Shown here: in pieces, positions 10,260 through 20,279 of the stretch
How positions within the stretch are numbered: position 1 is the first letter of the stretch
Layout of the letters: every line of letters begins with the position of its first letter
DNA from: Clostridia bacterium
GTDB taxonomy: Bacteria; Bacillota; Thermoanaerobacteria; Thermoanaerobacterales; Thermoanaerobacteraceae
Length of the DNA: 64,000 bases
Direction: 5' to 3'
Assembly: GCA_012840485.1 (NCBI GenBank)
Contig: DULG01000088.1
Span: 12,047 to 76,046, forward strand
Made by a program: the position numbers and the translations under genes
The notes under the pieces: generated by a model
The model's input: the letters and a program-made list of their open reading frames with translations, nothing else
What the model was told of the DNA's origin: nothing
Database searches by the model: none

Positions 10260-10835
10260 TCAATTTTTATCATTTTCTAGGTCTAGTACCAATTTAGATA
10301 ATGCTTCTTGAATCGCTTGACTGACTTCTTCAAGAAAATCTTTTGAAATTCCCTCTGATTTAATTTCCGGTTCTGGAATAGGTTCAAACCAAGTAAGAAA
10401 GAGCTTTTTCATAAATTCTTTAGCAAAATTCTCCGTCACAATGCGATCATCAAAATCTGAAACTGATAGAAGTTTTCTTCCATCCCTAAAAAGTATAAAA
10501 TCCCAAAGCCTTATTCTTCTGGTTTCTATAATTTGTAAAAATAATTCTCTTGCCTCTTTTGTCATCTCACCTTTTACAGCAATAGCTCCCTTCATACCAC
10601 TCCATGGCTCCACAGAAATTTTAGGCAGCCCAAGAAATTCTTCTCTTCCTTCAGAAAGTGTCATTGTCGGATCATCAGGAAATCGAACTTCAAAATGAGA
10701 TGCTGAAAGTACACCATATTTAAGCATAACTTCCCATATATCAGTATCTCTTCTCTTTCCTATGTAATAATATTCTCTTTCTTTTGACATAGCTCTCACT
10801 CCCATCTCACTATCAAATCCTTGTAATACCATCAT
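10260..10835 (-). CDS. Hypothetical soluble protein (true start probably near 10790)
   Basis: Long ORF in operon context; no motif recognised. Confidence 0.6.
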   Translation of the reverse strand: MMVLQGFDSEMGVRAMSKEREYYYIGKRRDTDIWEVMLKYGVLSASHFEVRFPDDPTMTLSEGREEFLGLPKISVEPWSGMKGAIAVKGEMTKEARELFLQIIETRRIRLWDFILFRDGRKLLSVSDFDDRIVTENFAKEFMKKLFLTWFEPIPEPEIKSEGISKDFLEEVSQAIQEALSKLVLDLENDKN

Positions 10836-10863
10836 AAATTATAAAGTTAAAAACAACGGGACT

Positions 10864-12474
10864 TTACTTTAACTCCAGCCTCTCAAATATAAAGTTTGCA
10901 AAAAGTAAAAACACTCCCGATTCCAAAACCATTATTAAAGCCGCTGTTAAAACTCCTATTGCCATATTCTTTGTTATCACACCTAAGGGAACCGCTACTG
11001 CTCCTACAGGTAGGAGTATAAACAAAAAACTAAAAATCTTAAATAAAGGCATCGCTACTTTAAGGTCTTGTTTTGAAGGAAGTAAAAGCTGCATAAACGC
11101 AGCAGAAAAACTGTCCAAAGTTGAAAAACTTATAATAAAAACTATTGCAGTAATAGTGTTTAAAATTCCAGGTTTTATAAATATTGATGCCGGAACAATA
11201 ATAAGTATTGCCGCTATAAAAGCTTTAAGTAAAGGAATAAGATTAACAGCTATCAATTTTTCAATTCCCTCTCCCGGAATTGTGTATATATACATTTTAT
11301 TTAATTCTGTACTAACTGTAGAAGCAAAACTTAAAATCCACCCCAAATATGCATACAAGAAGGATAACGAAAATATAACAGTGGGTTCATCCTTGGGCAA
11401 AAAATATCCGAAAGCAATTGATGCTAATAGTAAAAATAGATTGTACCAGTTAAAATATATAGAACCCAAGCTTCTCTTATTTTCAACCATTTTAAGCCAT
11501 ATAAAAGCCCATGGACCTTTGGGGTGTAGATTAATTACTACAGCTTTTTTCTTTTTCATTTTTTTTGCAGATTCTTCAGTAGAGCTTACAAATCCTTCTT
11601 TTTTAACTTTATTCCTTATTTCTCTGACTCTTTCACTGTACGTAATAACCTCTTCATAGTAGTCTGTTGCAAAGTATAAAGCCAGTAAAGTAACAATGAT
11701 TATTGTTAATAACTGTAGGATAATAAGTATTAAACAATGAGTACACTCTCCAGTAAAATATGGAAGAATAAGAAGTTTAGTTGGACCTAACACAGGCACA
11801 TAATTCCATATATTTAAAACTAAATAACTAATAGCACCAAAAAAACTCCCTTCTTTATATATAAAATAAAATCCAAAACCTACAATTAAAATTAAAATAC
11901 CTGATACAATATATTGGATTAATTTTTTTGCGTTAAATTTCATTGAAATTGAGTAAATAAAAAAATTTAATGGCACTAAAGCAAATATATTTGTAAAAAT
12001 ACCCATGTACACATATATTAAATTTGATGAATATTTAGTGGTTGCCATCATATTTGCTATAAAAGGTAAATATATCATAAAAAATATAGAAATAAATAAA
12101 GTCTTAAAAACGCTTTTTATCATATACCATAAAAATAGTTTTCTTTCATTTATAGGTGATGAAAAAAGAAAAGTCATATCTCCATCTTCAACTATTATTC
12201 CAGGCTGTTTTAAAGAACTGTATATTGAAAGTATTATCTCAAAAAGTATTATTATAACTAAACCTGCCTCTAAATATGATAACTTGAGCTCACTTACTTG
12301 AGAAAGTTTTGCCTTATTATCCATATTCCCAAGAGTAATAGAAACAAGCATCAAAAAATATCCTAAAAACATAAAAAGATAAATAAATATTCTTTTTGGA
12401 TTTCTAACAATATCTTTTATTGAATTTTTTATCTTCATCAATTCAAATATAAAAAGTGCATTTATCTCACTCAT
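10864..12474 (-). CDS. Putative ABC exporter permease
   Basis: Multi-TM, 536 aa; FLFSSPI motif; translationally coupled to the upstream ATPase. Confidence 0.75.
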   Translation of the reverse strand: MSEINALFIFELMKIKNSIKDIVRNPKRIFIYLFMFLGYFLMLVSITLGNMDNKAKLSQVSELKLSYLEAGLVIIILFEIILSIYSSLKQPGIIVEDGDMTFLFSSPINERKLFLWYMIKSVFKTLFISIFFMIYLPFIANMMATTKYSSNLIYVYMGIFTNIFALVPLNFFIYSISMKFNAKKLIQYIVSGILILIVGFGFYFIYKEGSFFGAISYLVLNIWNYVPVLGPTKLLILPYFTGECTHCLILIILQLLTIIIVTLLALYFATDYYEEVITYSERVREIRNKVKKEGFVSSTEESAKKMKKKKAVVINLHPKGPWAFIWLKMVENKRSLGSIYFNWYNLFLLLASIAFGYFLPKDEPTVIFSLSFLYAYLGWILSFASTVSTELNKMYIYTIPGEGIEKLIAVNLIPLLKAFIAAILIIVPASIFIKPGILNTITAIVFIISFSTLDSFSAAFMQLLLPSKQDLKVAMPLFKIFSFLFILLPVGAVAVPLGVITKNMAIGVLTAALIMVLESGVFLLFANFIFERLELK

Positions 12475-13184
12475 TTTGTTACCTCCAAAAACAAATCTTC
12501 CAATGAGCCTCCCGGTCCTGCCTTTTCCATTACTTCTTCAAGTGTGCCCTCATATATGAGTTTTCCTGTTTTTAAAATAAGCACTCTATCTCCAAGATTT
12601 TGTACAGAATCTAACATATGTGTACTCAAAAGTATAGACTTCCCTTCTTTTTTAAGCTCTTTTATGGTATCTTTAAGTTCTCTTATAGCTTTTGGATCAA
12701 GTCCTACAAAAGGCTCATCAAAAAGCATAACCTCTGGTTTGTGTAAAAGTCCGCATATTACCATAACCTTCTGCCTCATGCCTTTAGACAAATTAGCTCC
12801 CAATTCATCCTTTTTATCCATAAGGTCATAAGCTTTGAGGTATTCTAAAGCCTCTTCTTCCCAATTTTCAAGCTTATATGAAAGGGCAATGAATTTCATA
12901 TGTTCCCATACTGTAAGCATAGGATATATGTCCGGAGTTTCAGGTATATAAGCAAGTTTAAACTTTGCCTCATTATCTTTATAATCATAACCACAAACTT
13001 TTATTTCTCCTTCTGTCTTTCTCAAAAGTCCCATTATTGTCTTTAAAGTAGTGCTTTTACCCGCGCCATTTGGACCTATAAGCCCTACAACTTCTCCAGG
13101 ATACATCTTGAAAGAGATCCCATCAACTCCTTTTACCTTGCCATAATATTTTTTTAGATTTTTTACTGAAAGTACATTATCCAT
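12471..13184 (-). CDS. ABC transporter ATP-binding protein
   Basis: GPNGAGKST, LSKGMRQK, LFDEP and C-terminal SLEDLFLEVT. Confidence 0.92.
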   Translation of the reverse strand: MDNVLSVKNLKKYYGKVKGVDGISFKMYPGEVVGLIGPNGAGKSTTLKTIMGLLRKTEGEIKVCGYDYKDNEAKFKLAYIPETPDIYPMLTVWEHMKFIALSYKLENWEEEALEYLKAYDLMDKKDELGANLSKGMRQKVMVICGLLHKPEVMLFDEPFVGLDPKAIRELKDTIKELKKEGKSILLSTHMLDSVQNLGDRVLILKTGKLIYEGTLEEVMEKAGPGGSLEDLFLEVTK

Positions 13185-13199
13185 TTTATACCTCCATAT

Positions 13200-13910
13200 T
13201 TATTTGTTATTTTCAACCTTTTTAAGCTTATACACAAGTTTTCCATTGTCATACTGATACATAAGCCTATTCCCATCATCTGAATACCATATATACTGCT
13301 TTGATGGACCTGCATTTAATTCAACTTTAAAGCATTCTGCTTCTCCATAAGGGACAGTGACTTTCTCTTTAGATACAACTTTATTTGTAATAGGCACTAC
13401 CTGAGCAGTTGAAACTATTGCATCATATATAGTAAACTCTGCACCCACTTTAAAGGGATATGCTCTCATAATCATAAGAAGAGAGTCATTATCATAATAG
13501 TATTTGGGAAGTTTGACAGTTAGATTCTGCTCCCCTTTGGAAGTTTTAGCCTTAATATTCCACTTATCCTTATAGGCAGTCTCTATCTTTATATCCCCTT
13601 GTGGTGACATTACGTTGTAGTAAGAACTTAAAGGCATTAAAGTGTCAGACCTAATTGTAGTACCCGTATTCAGCTGTGTTGAGTCAATCTTTGTGATAGA
13701 CGACATCTCATTAGTATTTGTGCTTTGAGACTTTTCAATTGTAAATTCTGCTGTGCCAATTAATTTGTCATTCTCAAAAATGTCATAGGTAAGCCTTTGA
13801 TAATCTCCCCAGGGAATTTTTTCCATCTCCATAGGCTTTGCATTTGATGAACAGCCTGCAAGAACAAACAATGTAAAAATTATAACTGTCATTAAAAATT
13901 TTTTACACAT
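13200..13910 (-). CDS. Lipoprotein, DUF3108-like beta-rich protein
   Basis: LAGC lipobox; KEKVTVPYGEAECFKV and IWYSDD motifs resemble DUF3108. Confidence 0.65.
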   Translation of the reverse strand: MCKKFLMTVIIFTLFVLAGCSSNAKPMEMEKIPWGDYQRLTYDIFENDKLIGTAEFTIEKSQSTNTNEMSSITKIDSTQLNTGTTIRSDTLMPLSSYYNVMSPQGDIKIETAYKDKWNIKAKTSKGEQNLTVKLPKYYYDNDSLLMIMRAYPFKVGAEFTIYDAIVSTAQVVPITNKVVSKEKVTVPYGEAECFKVELNAGPSKQYIWYSDDGNRLMYQYDNGKLVYKLKKVENNK

Positions 13911-13912
13911 AT

Positions 13913-14671
13913 TTAGACTCTCCTTTCCACTTTAATAGCATTTTTATAAAGAAAATAAAGCAAAACATAGCCTAATAGTGTACCTGACAGCAAAAATACT
14001 ACATAAACATAAATAAGAACAGAACGCAAAACAGGATAATATTGAAAAAACATTGCAAAGTTGTCAATAAACATGTGATAAAGCATTGCAACAACAAAAT
14101 ATATTAAGAGATTAACGAATTTTTTATTAAAAACATACCTGCTAAAGCCCACTCCTATTATGCCTCCCATAATGCCGTGCATTTGAATAGCAAGAAATCT
14201 TTCAAAAACATAAGCAAAACCGACAAATGTTCCTACAGGAAACTGCATTCCGAAAACTCTACCATATTGAGGATTATAAAGCAAAAACATTAAAGACATC
14301 GCTTCACCTATACCATAAGCAAGCCCTGTATATGTAAAAATCGATGTAGAATATTTTAAATCTTTAAATTGTACCATCATATTCTTATCAAGAAAGTATA
14401 CTACAACCAAAACAGCTAATAATTTAGCTAATTCTTCCCAAAAAGCATTATCCGCCTGCACAACTGTAAGCACATACCACAATGAAGTGTTTAAACTTAA
14501 AAGATAGAGTTCCCAGTGTTTTCTCAATAAAAATATTATTTGAAATAAAAAACCAGAAATGAACAAATACACCCACATCCTGTTTTTTATATGTATATTA
14601 CTTTTCCTCAGTGCTATAAATAAGAACGAAAATATTATAATTACATCAACAAGTACCATTACAAAAAACAT
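13913..14671 (-). CDS. PrsW/YhfC-like glutamic-type intramembrane protease
   Basis: FWEELAK, GLAYGIGE, ERFLAIQMH and YHMFID motifs. Confidence 0.7.
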   Translation of the reverse strand: MFFVMVLVDVIIIFSFLFIALRKSNIHIKNRMWVYLFISGFLFQIIFLLRKHWELYLLSLNTSLWYVLTVVQADNAFWEELAKLLAVLVVVYFLDKNMMVQFKDLKYSTSIFTYTGLAYGIGEAMSLMFLLYNPQYGRVFGMQFPVGTFVGFAYVFERFLAIQMHGIMGGIIGVGFSRYVFNKKFVNLLIYFVVAMLYHMFIDNFAMFFQYYPVLRSVLIYVYVVFLLSGTLLGYVLLYFLYKNAIKVERRV

Positions 14672-14901
14672 TTAAAGCACCCCTATCTCATCGTTTTCAT
14701 TTTCTACAACCATAATTTTATACTCTGTGTGAGACAGCAAAGTTATTAGACAAGAAATTTTTTACACAATACTATAAATTCTACAAAATTCCCTAAAATC
14801 CTTCTTTTATTTCCAAACCATAACAAAATTTAACATAGTTTTAACATATCTCTATCAGGTTACCTTCTCACAGTTCTAACTATTTATAATCAGAAAAGGT
14901 A

Positions 14902-15234
14902 CTATTTTCGTATAAAAACATACAATAAAAAAATGTCAAAAAGTAAAAGTATAACCCCTGCTGCAATATCATATGTCCCATGAAAAATTTTCTTTTTTTC
15001 TTTTGCTTGAGGATATTTTATTGCAATATAAGAAAACAACTGCAATACAGGTATAAAAAATATAAATTCCAACTTAGATACAACATAATTTATATTCCCA
15101 AAAGCATCCCTTTGAAGTGGTATACTTTCAGGTAGATACTTATATGCAAAAATATTTATAATAAAGGTTATAACTGGAAACATCCACCCCCACTTATACA
15201 AATATCTCATTACTCTTTTTGACATTTTTAACAT
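14902..15234 (-). CDS. DUF1648-domain membrane protein
   Basis: YLPESIPLQRDAFGNINY resembles the DUF1648 'LPD.IP.HW...G' motif; GGAGG RBS. Confidence 0.7.
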   Translation of the reverse strand: MLKMSKRVMRYLYKWGWMFPVITFIINIFAYKYLPESIPLQRDAFGNINYVVSKLEFIFFIPVLQLFSYIAIKYPQAKEKKKIFHGTYDIAAGVILLLFDIFLLYVFIRK

Positions 15235-15258
15235 CCTCCTCTCAATTCGCCTGCTTTT

Positions 15259-15304
15259 ATTGTAAATTGTGTTAAATATAAAAACTACTATACTTTTGTA
15301 TAGA
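15259..15304 (-). promoter_or_regulatory. Promoter with 18-bp operator ACTATACTTTTGTATAGA (15287-15304) abutting the -35, 17-bp spacer, -10 TACAAT (15259-15264)
   Basis: Same motif and spacing as at 19010 and 29352. Confidence 0.65.
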
Positions 15305-15334
15305 ACAGAGTTGACTTAAACTTGATATTGTATC

Positions 15335-17002
15335 TTATTCAATTTGATAATACCTCCTATTCCCAAAATAAATCAAAAATTTATAAAAAGCAAAAGTAAT
15401 TATTCCTAATCCAATAGCAATATAAGGCATGTAGATTGCAAGCTTTGATATTCTGGTTACCACATTAATTGACAAAATCACAAATAAAATCAATAAAACC
15501 ATAGATATGAGTACATTGATATTTTGCCTCACCACCACCCTTGGATTCTCCCAATTTAACATGGGTATACAAAATTCACAAAACAATCCTATGATAAAAT
15601 AAATGTTCAATATAAAAAAACCTATCATAAAAGCAAGTACAAGATAAATCAGGCTCAATCCTGTTACAAAAAAACTAAATGAACACGTAAGTATGCCAAA
15701 TATAATGCTTAAAATATTACAATGTAGAAGTTTCGCTTTAATGTATTCTTGAGGATTTATAGGCAATGATTTTAGATAATAAAACATCTTCCCTTCTCGT
15801 GATAAAGCAGTTGATGCTATCATATTAAAACCACCGACTAAAACATATCCTAAAGCTATAAGCAGTGTAATAAAATATTTTGCATTTAAATCTTTTTCTA
15901 TATCAGAAACTACTTTTAGTAAATCTGGCATACCTGAATAAAGAGAATAAAGCGAAAGAAAGGGAATAATTAACGTCATAGCGAATCCATAAATAACAAA
16001 TGTCGAATCACGATAAAAAAGTTTTATGTCTCTCTGTAGCAATGCCATAACCTCACTCTGACGTTTAAAGAGCAACCCTTCCATATTATAAACTTTTTGT
16101 TTATTCTTGTTACTTATCTCTTCGCTGCGGGATATTACATCAACTAAACTGCTTGATAATAACTTTAAAATGAGAATAAGACCTATTAATGAAATGAAAA
16201 TGAAGATTAATAAATATTTAAAAGAAATTATCACTTTTTCTGTAATAGCCTTATAAGCAATATTTACTGGATAAAATATTTTTGAAAAATCTACTAACAG
16301 GGAAAGCTTTTCTTTTATAATACTTACACCTGTATTTTTATTTGCTTCAAAATAATTCTGCATCCCTGTAATTTCTTTAAGTAAAATTATAAAGACAATG
16401 TTTATTATAAAAGCAGTTATATTAGCGAACCCTCTCTTATCAAAAAAATATCCTGCTCTTTGTATTAAAACAAAAACAAAAAATTGCAATGCCATTGGAA
16501 TTACAGGTATTAGCACTATAACTACACAAGCAAAAACATAATATGTAAAAGGTTCATTGAAAGTTATACCATTAATAATCAATACTGGCATAAGTGCAAA
16601 TAGTGAAAGCAATAATTGAAATATATATCCTGGAACAAATCTGCTGAGCAAAATTTGCCATGGTTTTAGTGGTAAAGTCATTACGTAACTATTTTCTCTA
16701 CTATTGCTTACTGTTGAAATGTATGAACCCGCTAAGCCAAACGTTAGTAATAAAAGAAATGTAAAATTTAAAAGCCCCTCTATCATCAAATTTTGTTCCC
16801 TAGTTAACGTTAAATTGTAATAGAGAAATTTGTTAATCTGTATATACGCCTTGAATATATTATAAAATAATAATAAAAGTAACCCATATATGAAAAAGTT
16901 TAAATACAGTTTTTCTTTTTCATACTTCCATGAATACTTAAATCCATGAAATCCATATAAGGACTTATAATTATATTTTATTAAAGTCCATAATTGCTTC
17001 AT
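15335..17002 (-). CDS. ABC exporter permease (large, multi-TM)
   Basis: 555 aa; TLPLKP, ALSREGK and SLPINP motifs typical of ABC-2-like permeases. Confidence 0.8.
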   Translation of the reverse strand: MKQLWTLIKYNYKSLYGFHGFKYSWKYEKEKLYLNFFIYGLLLLLFYNIFKAYIQINKFLYYNLTLTREQNLMIEGLLNFTFLLLLTFGLAGSYISTVSNSRENSYVMTLPLKPWQILLSRFVPGYIFQLLLSLFALMPVLIINGITFNEPFTYYVFACVVIVLIPVIPMALQFFVFVLIQRAGYFFDKRGFANITAFIINIVFIILLKEITGMQNYFEANKNTGVSIIKEKLSLLVDFSKIFYPVNIAYKAITEKVIISFKYLLIFIFISLIGLILILKLLSSSLVDVISRSEEISNKNKQKVYNMEGLLFKRQSEVMALLQRDIKLFYRDSTFVIYGFAMTLIIPFLSLYSLYSGMPDLLKVVSDIEKDLNAKYFITLLIALGYVLVGGFNMIASTALSREGKMFYYLKSLPINPQEYIKAKLLHCNILSIIFGILTCSFSFFVTGLSLIYLVLAFMIGFFILNIYFIIGLFCEFCIPMLNWENPRVVVRQNINVLISMVLLILFVILSINVVTRISKLAIYMPYIAIGLGIITFAFYKFLIYFGNRRYYQIE

Positions 17003-17028
17003 GATCCAGTCATCTCCAGAAAAATTTC

Positions 17029-17724
17029 TTATAAATCCTTTTTGTCATCTTTTTTAATTTTTAACTCATTAATAGTCCCCGTATAAAGTATCCTGCCATT
17101 TTTTATAATTGCGATTCTATCGCATATCTCCTCTGCTATCTGCATAATGTGTGTTGTGATAAATACTGTTTTACCTTGCTGGGCTAAACTCCGCATAATC
17201 TCTTTTAAATTTTTGATTGCTTTTGTATCCAGCCCAATCACTGGTTCGTCCATAATTAAAAGCTCCGGTTCATGAATAAGTACTCCTAAAATCAATAATT
17301 TTTGTTTCATTCCATGCGAATAGCTCTCTATTTTCATATTTAAAGCATCATAAATCTCCAGTATTTTACCATATTTTTCAATGTTTGATTTTCTAATTTT
17401 GCTATCTATTTTATATATATCTGATATAAACCTTAAAAACTCTAATCCTGTAAGTTTACTAAATATATCTGGGTTATCTGGTACATATCCAATTTTTTCT
17501 TTTGCTTTAAGAGGTTCTTTAATTACGTCATATCCATTAATTAAAACTTTTCCGCTATCGGGTTTTAATATACCAGTAATAATTTTTACAGTTGTTGTTT
17601 TCCCAGAACCATTTGGACCAAGAAAACCAAAAATTTCACCTTTATGTACTTCAAGGTTTAATGAATCTACAGCCTTTTTATCGCATCCATAGTATGTCTT
17701 TGATACATTTTCTAAAATAAGCAT
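17029..17724 (-). CDS. ABC ATP-binding protein, probably truncated by 10 aa by a premature TAA
   Basis: GPNGSGKTT, YSHGMKQK, IMDEP; reading past the stop gives in-frame EIFLEMTGS then TGA overlapping the next ATG. Confidence 0.85.
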   Translation of the reverse strand: MLILENVSKTYYGCDKKAVDSLNLEVHKGEIFGFLGPNGSGKTTTVKIITGILKPDSGKVLINGYDVIKEPLKAKEKIGYVPDNPDIFSKLTGLEFLRFISDIYKIDSKIRKSNIEKYGKILEIYDALNMKIESYSHGMKQKLLILGVLIHEPELLIMDEPVIGLDTKAIKNLKEIMRSLAQQGKTVFITTHIMQIAEEICDRIAIIKNGRILYTGTINELKIKKDDKKDL

Positions 17725-17742
17725 AAATAGTGCAGCTCCTTA

Positions 17743-18063
17743 TTAGAAAATTTTTAAATTTATTAAGATGATTACTATATCAACAATTAATACAAATAGA
17801 TTACCAAATATAGAATATAAGTCAGTATAAAGAGTTGTGTTTTTCCCTTTAGTTTTGAGTTTCACATACCCATAAACAAATAATTGCATCAAGGGAATAA
17901 TAAAAACAAATATTGTTTTAGAGACAGTATTTGAAATACTCCCATCAAAGTGCCACTGAATAGCAACTGTCTGTGGCAATGCTTTATAAAAAATGATGTT
18001 TATGATAAATGTGAAAACAGCAAATAACCAATTATTTTTACCAAAAAAATTTATTGCTCTCAT
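17743..18063 (-). CDS. DUF1648-domain membrane protein
   Basis: ALPQTVAIQWHFDGS motif; paralogous to 14902-15234. Confidence 0.75.
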   Translation of the reverse strand: MRAINFFGKNNWLFAVFTFIINIIFYKALPQTVAIQWHFDGSISNTVSKTIFVFIIPLMQLFVYGYVKLKTKGKNTTLYTDLYSIFGNLFVLIVDIVIILINLKIF

Positions 18064-18099
18064 AAAATTTTTCTCCCTTCTTATATTACGTTTTTCTTT

Positions 18100-18960
18100 T
18101 CATTTAACTTTTTTCTTTTCATACAACAAGCTAAATATAAGAACTACAAATATCATTAGAATTATCGTTATAAATATAACAAAATTTGATGCATGTATTT
18201 TATATATGTTGTAATATAATGTATCAAATATCACTAATTCGAAAAGGGAATATATAAGTATTAAAAGTACTGGTAAAAATTTACTTACCATAATCTGCGA
18301 TATGCAATAATACGGCAGAAAAATCCCAATCCATCCCAATATCAATATAATTTCATCTACCACTATTGCTATAGTTTTCTCAACAACCCACTCATCCGGG
18401 TTTCCCGTCAATCCAAAGTGAATATACACCTGGGGTGGTAATTTGACATATAAAATTAAATTAATTACTGTAGATATAGCAAAAATTAACACCGACAAAT
18501 AGATAACATATTTTTTTTCAGTTTTAATGGCATTTTTTGAATTTATATGATTTAAATCTCCTACTTCTTCTACTTTATAACTTCTATTACTATTATAACC
18601 TCGCCTTACCCCATTTTCATCAAATATTTTGTGCAAATGTTTTTCTGTAAGATAAATTATAGATATAAATAAAGGAATTATATAAATACCAAAGGATATT
18701 CCCATTATAGCTGAAGATACATTAAAAATGAACATTATTACATTAATTACAAATAACAATATTGAAAACAAAATGAATAAATCGGCAGAGTATCTATTTG
18801 CTTCTTTGAAAACATCTTCATTTTTTGTAGCAAATTCAGTTCTATAACCATAAAAATAATTTATTTTTTTAGGAGGAAAATATTTTAATACCACCCCTAT
18901 TAATAAAAAGAATAACGGAACACCAAAAGTAAGGAATAATCTACCTATAAAGTCTTCCAT
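18100..18960 (-). CDS. SdpI/YfhL-family immunity protein fused to a DUF1648 domain
   Basis: PPKKINYFYGYRT..A....F.EANRY (SdpI motif) plus LPPQVYIHFGLTGNPD (DUF1648). Confidence 0.8.
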   Translation of the reverse strand: MEDFIGRLFLTFGVPLFFLLIGVVLKYFPPKKINYFYGYRTEFATKNEDVFKEANRYSADLFILFSILLFVINVIMFIFNVSSAIMGISFGIYIIPLFISIIYLTEKHLHKIFDENGVRRGYNSNRSYKVEEVGDLNHINSKNAIKTEKKYVIYLSVLIFAISTVINLILYVKLPPQVYIHFGLTGNPDEWVVEKTIAIVVDEIILILGWIGIFLPYYCISQIMVSKFLPVLLILIYSLFELVIFDTLYYNIYKIHASNFVIFITIILMIFVVLIFSLLYEKKKVK

Positions 18961-18981
18961 ATATTCTCACCTCCGGTATTA

Positions 18982-19027
18982 ATTGTAGTACTTATTTCCT
19001 ATAAAGTCTACTATACTTTTGTATAGT
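18982..19027 (-). promoter_or_regulatory. Promoter with perfect operator ACTATACTTTTGTATAGT (19010-19027), -35 TAGACT, 17-bp spacer, -10 TACAAT
   Basis: Read directly; upstream of the SdpI gene RBS GGAGGTGA. Confidence 0.7.
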
Positions 19028-19059
19028 AATGCTATACAAAAATTCCCCTTTATGTGTTT

Positions 19060-19838
19060 TTACTCCTTATCTATTAAACCTAATTTAACAGCTTTTGCTA
19101 TAGCTTCTTGTATTTTTTGTAAGCTTTTCCATTATTTTCTTTTTGTGATATTTAACTGTAATGGGTTTAATTTTAAGAAATTTCGCGATAACTATTTCTT
19201 TATATCCCTTAGCTTGCAATTGCAATATTTCTATTGGTTTCCCTTTTAAATCCATTTTTATTTTTTCAATTTCTTTTTCCTTCATTTTCTCTTCGTATTC
19301 ATTTATAATTTTTTCAGACAGCAGTTTTATTACAATAGTCATCTCATCTGCAATTTTTTTATCAATTGTTGATATATCCAAATATCCTATTATCTTTTCT
19401 CCGTTTGTTGCTAATGGCATTGCTATACAATACCATTTTCTAAAAATATCCCAGTAATGCTCCTGTGGTTTTAAACAAACTGCTCTTTTTAATCTCATTG
19501 CCATTGAAATTGCATTTGTACCGCAGCTTTCTTCTTTAAAGGATATCCCCAATCGAAAGCCAGACTGCCTTATGTATTCTTCTTCCTTTATATTACATTT
19601 TACATCTATTAAATATCTTTCTTCATCAGTCAGTAAAAAAAGATATTGTCTTTCTGCCTAATCATTTTCTATACTTCTATTAAAAGCATCTATGAGTACC
19701 TTGTTCTGTGCTATTTTTAATCCTAAATCCCTCTAGATTTAGAATTATTAGTGGTGTAGTTATTGAAGGGTCAATACCCATTTCAGTACAACGTTTATAA
19801 GAAGAAAGCCATTCCCCTTGCGGACATAAAAAATCCAT
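19060..19838 (-). pseudogene. GAF (AcoR-like) plus LuxR-HTH regulator, frameshifted near both ends; paralog of 29440-30237
   Basis: MDFLCPQGEWLSSYKRCTEMGIDPSITTPL start, early frameshift and stops, GISFKEESCGTNAISMAMRLKR core, second frameshift before QEAIAKAVKLGLID*. Confidence 0.85.
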
Positions 19839-20057
19839 TTTTAATACCTCTAAAATGATATAAACGTTTTTAAAAATTTATTAATTCCTTAAACATTATA
19901 CAACATTTAAAGTTAAATTTGTGGATTTTGAAACGAAAGTGTCATTTTGGGGAACGAAAATGCATTTTTTACTTAATATCTTACAATTATGGGACTATTG
20001 TTATCGTAAAGTTTTTAAAAATATATCAGTAACATCTAAATTCGTTATCGGACAATA

Positions 20058-20129
20058 ATCGAGTAGAGAGCCACTTTACAGCGGCTCCCTCTCACAGAAC
20101 CGGACGTGCGCTATTAACGCATCCGGCTC
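20058..20129 (-). mobile_element. Group II intron 3' remnant (domains V and VI only)
   Basis: GAGCCGGATGCG-TTAATA-GCGCACGTCCGGTTC (DV with AGC triad), then a DVI stem with bulged A ending CTACTCGAT; no RT ORF and no 5' domains. Confidence 0.85.
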
Positions 20130-20173
20130 TTCATATCATCTTTTACTTTTATCGTAGCTATGACACAAACAGG

Positions 20174-20224
20174 GGGGACGGTTCCTTTTGTCCGAAAAAA
20201 ATTCAGACAGAAGGAACCGTCCCC
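20174..20224. repeat. REP-like hairpin GGGGACGGTTCCTTTTGTC ... GACAGAAGGAACCGTCCCC
   Basis: 19-bp near-perfect inverted repeat; family members at 8255, 38461, 39914, 47247, 49319. Confidence 0.85.
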
Positions 20225-20279
20225 TTTGTCTGATTATATTTTTTCTTGCCTCTTCCCCTATTGTCTAAAGTACTCAAAG

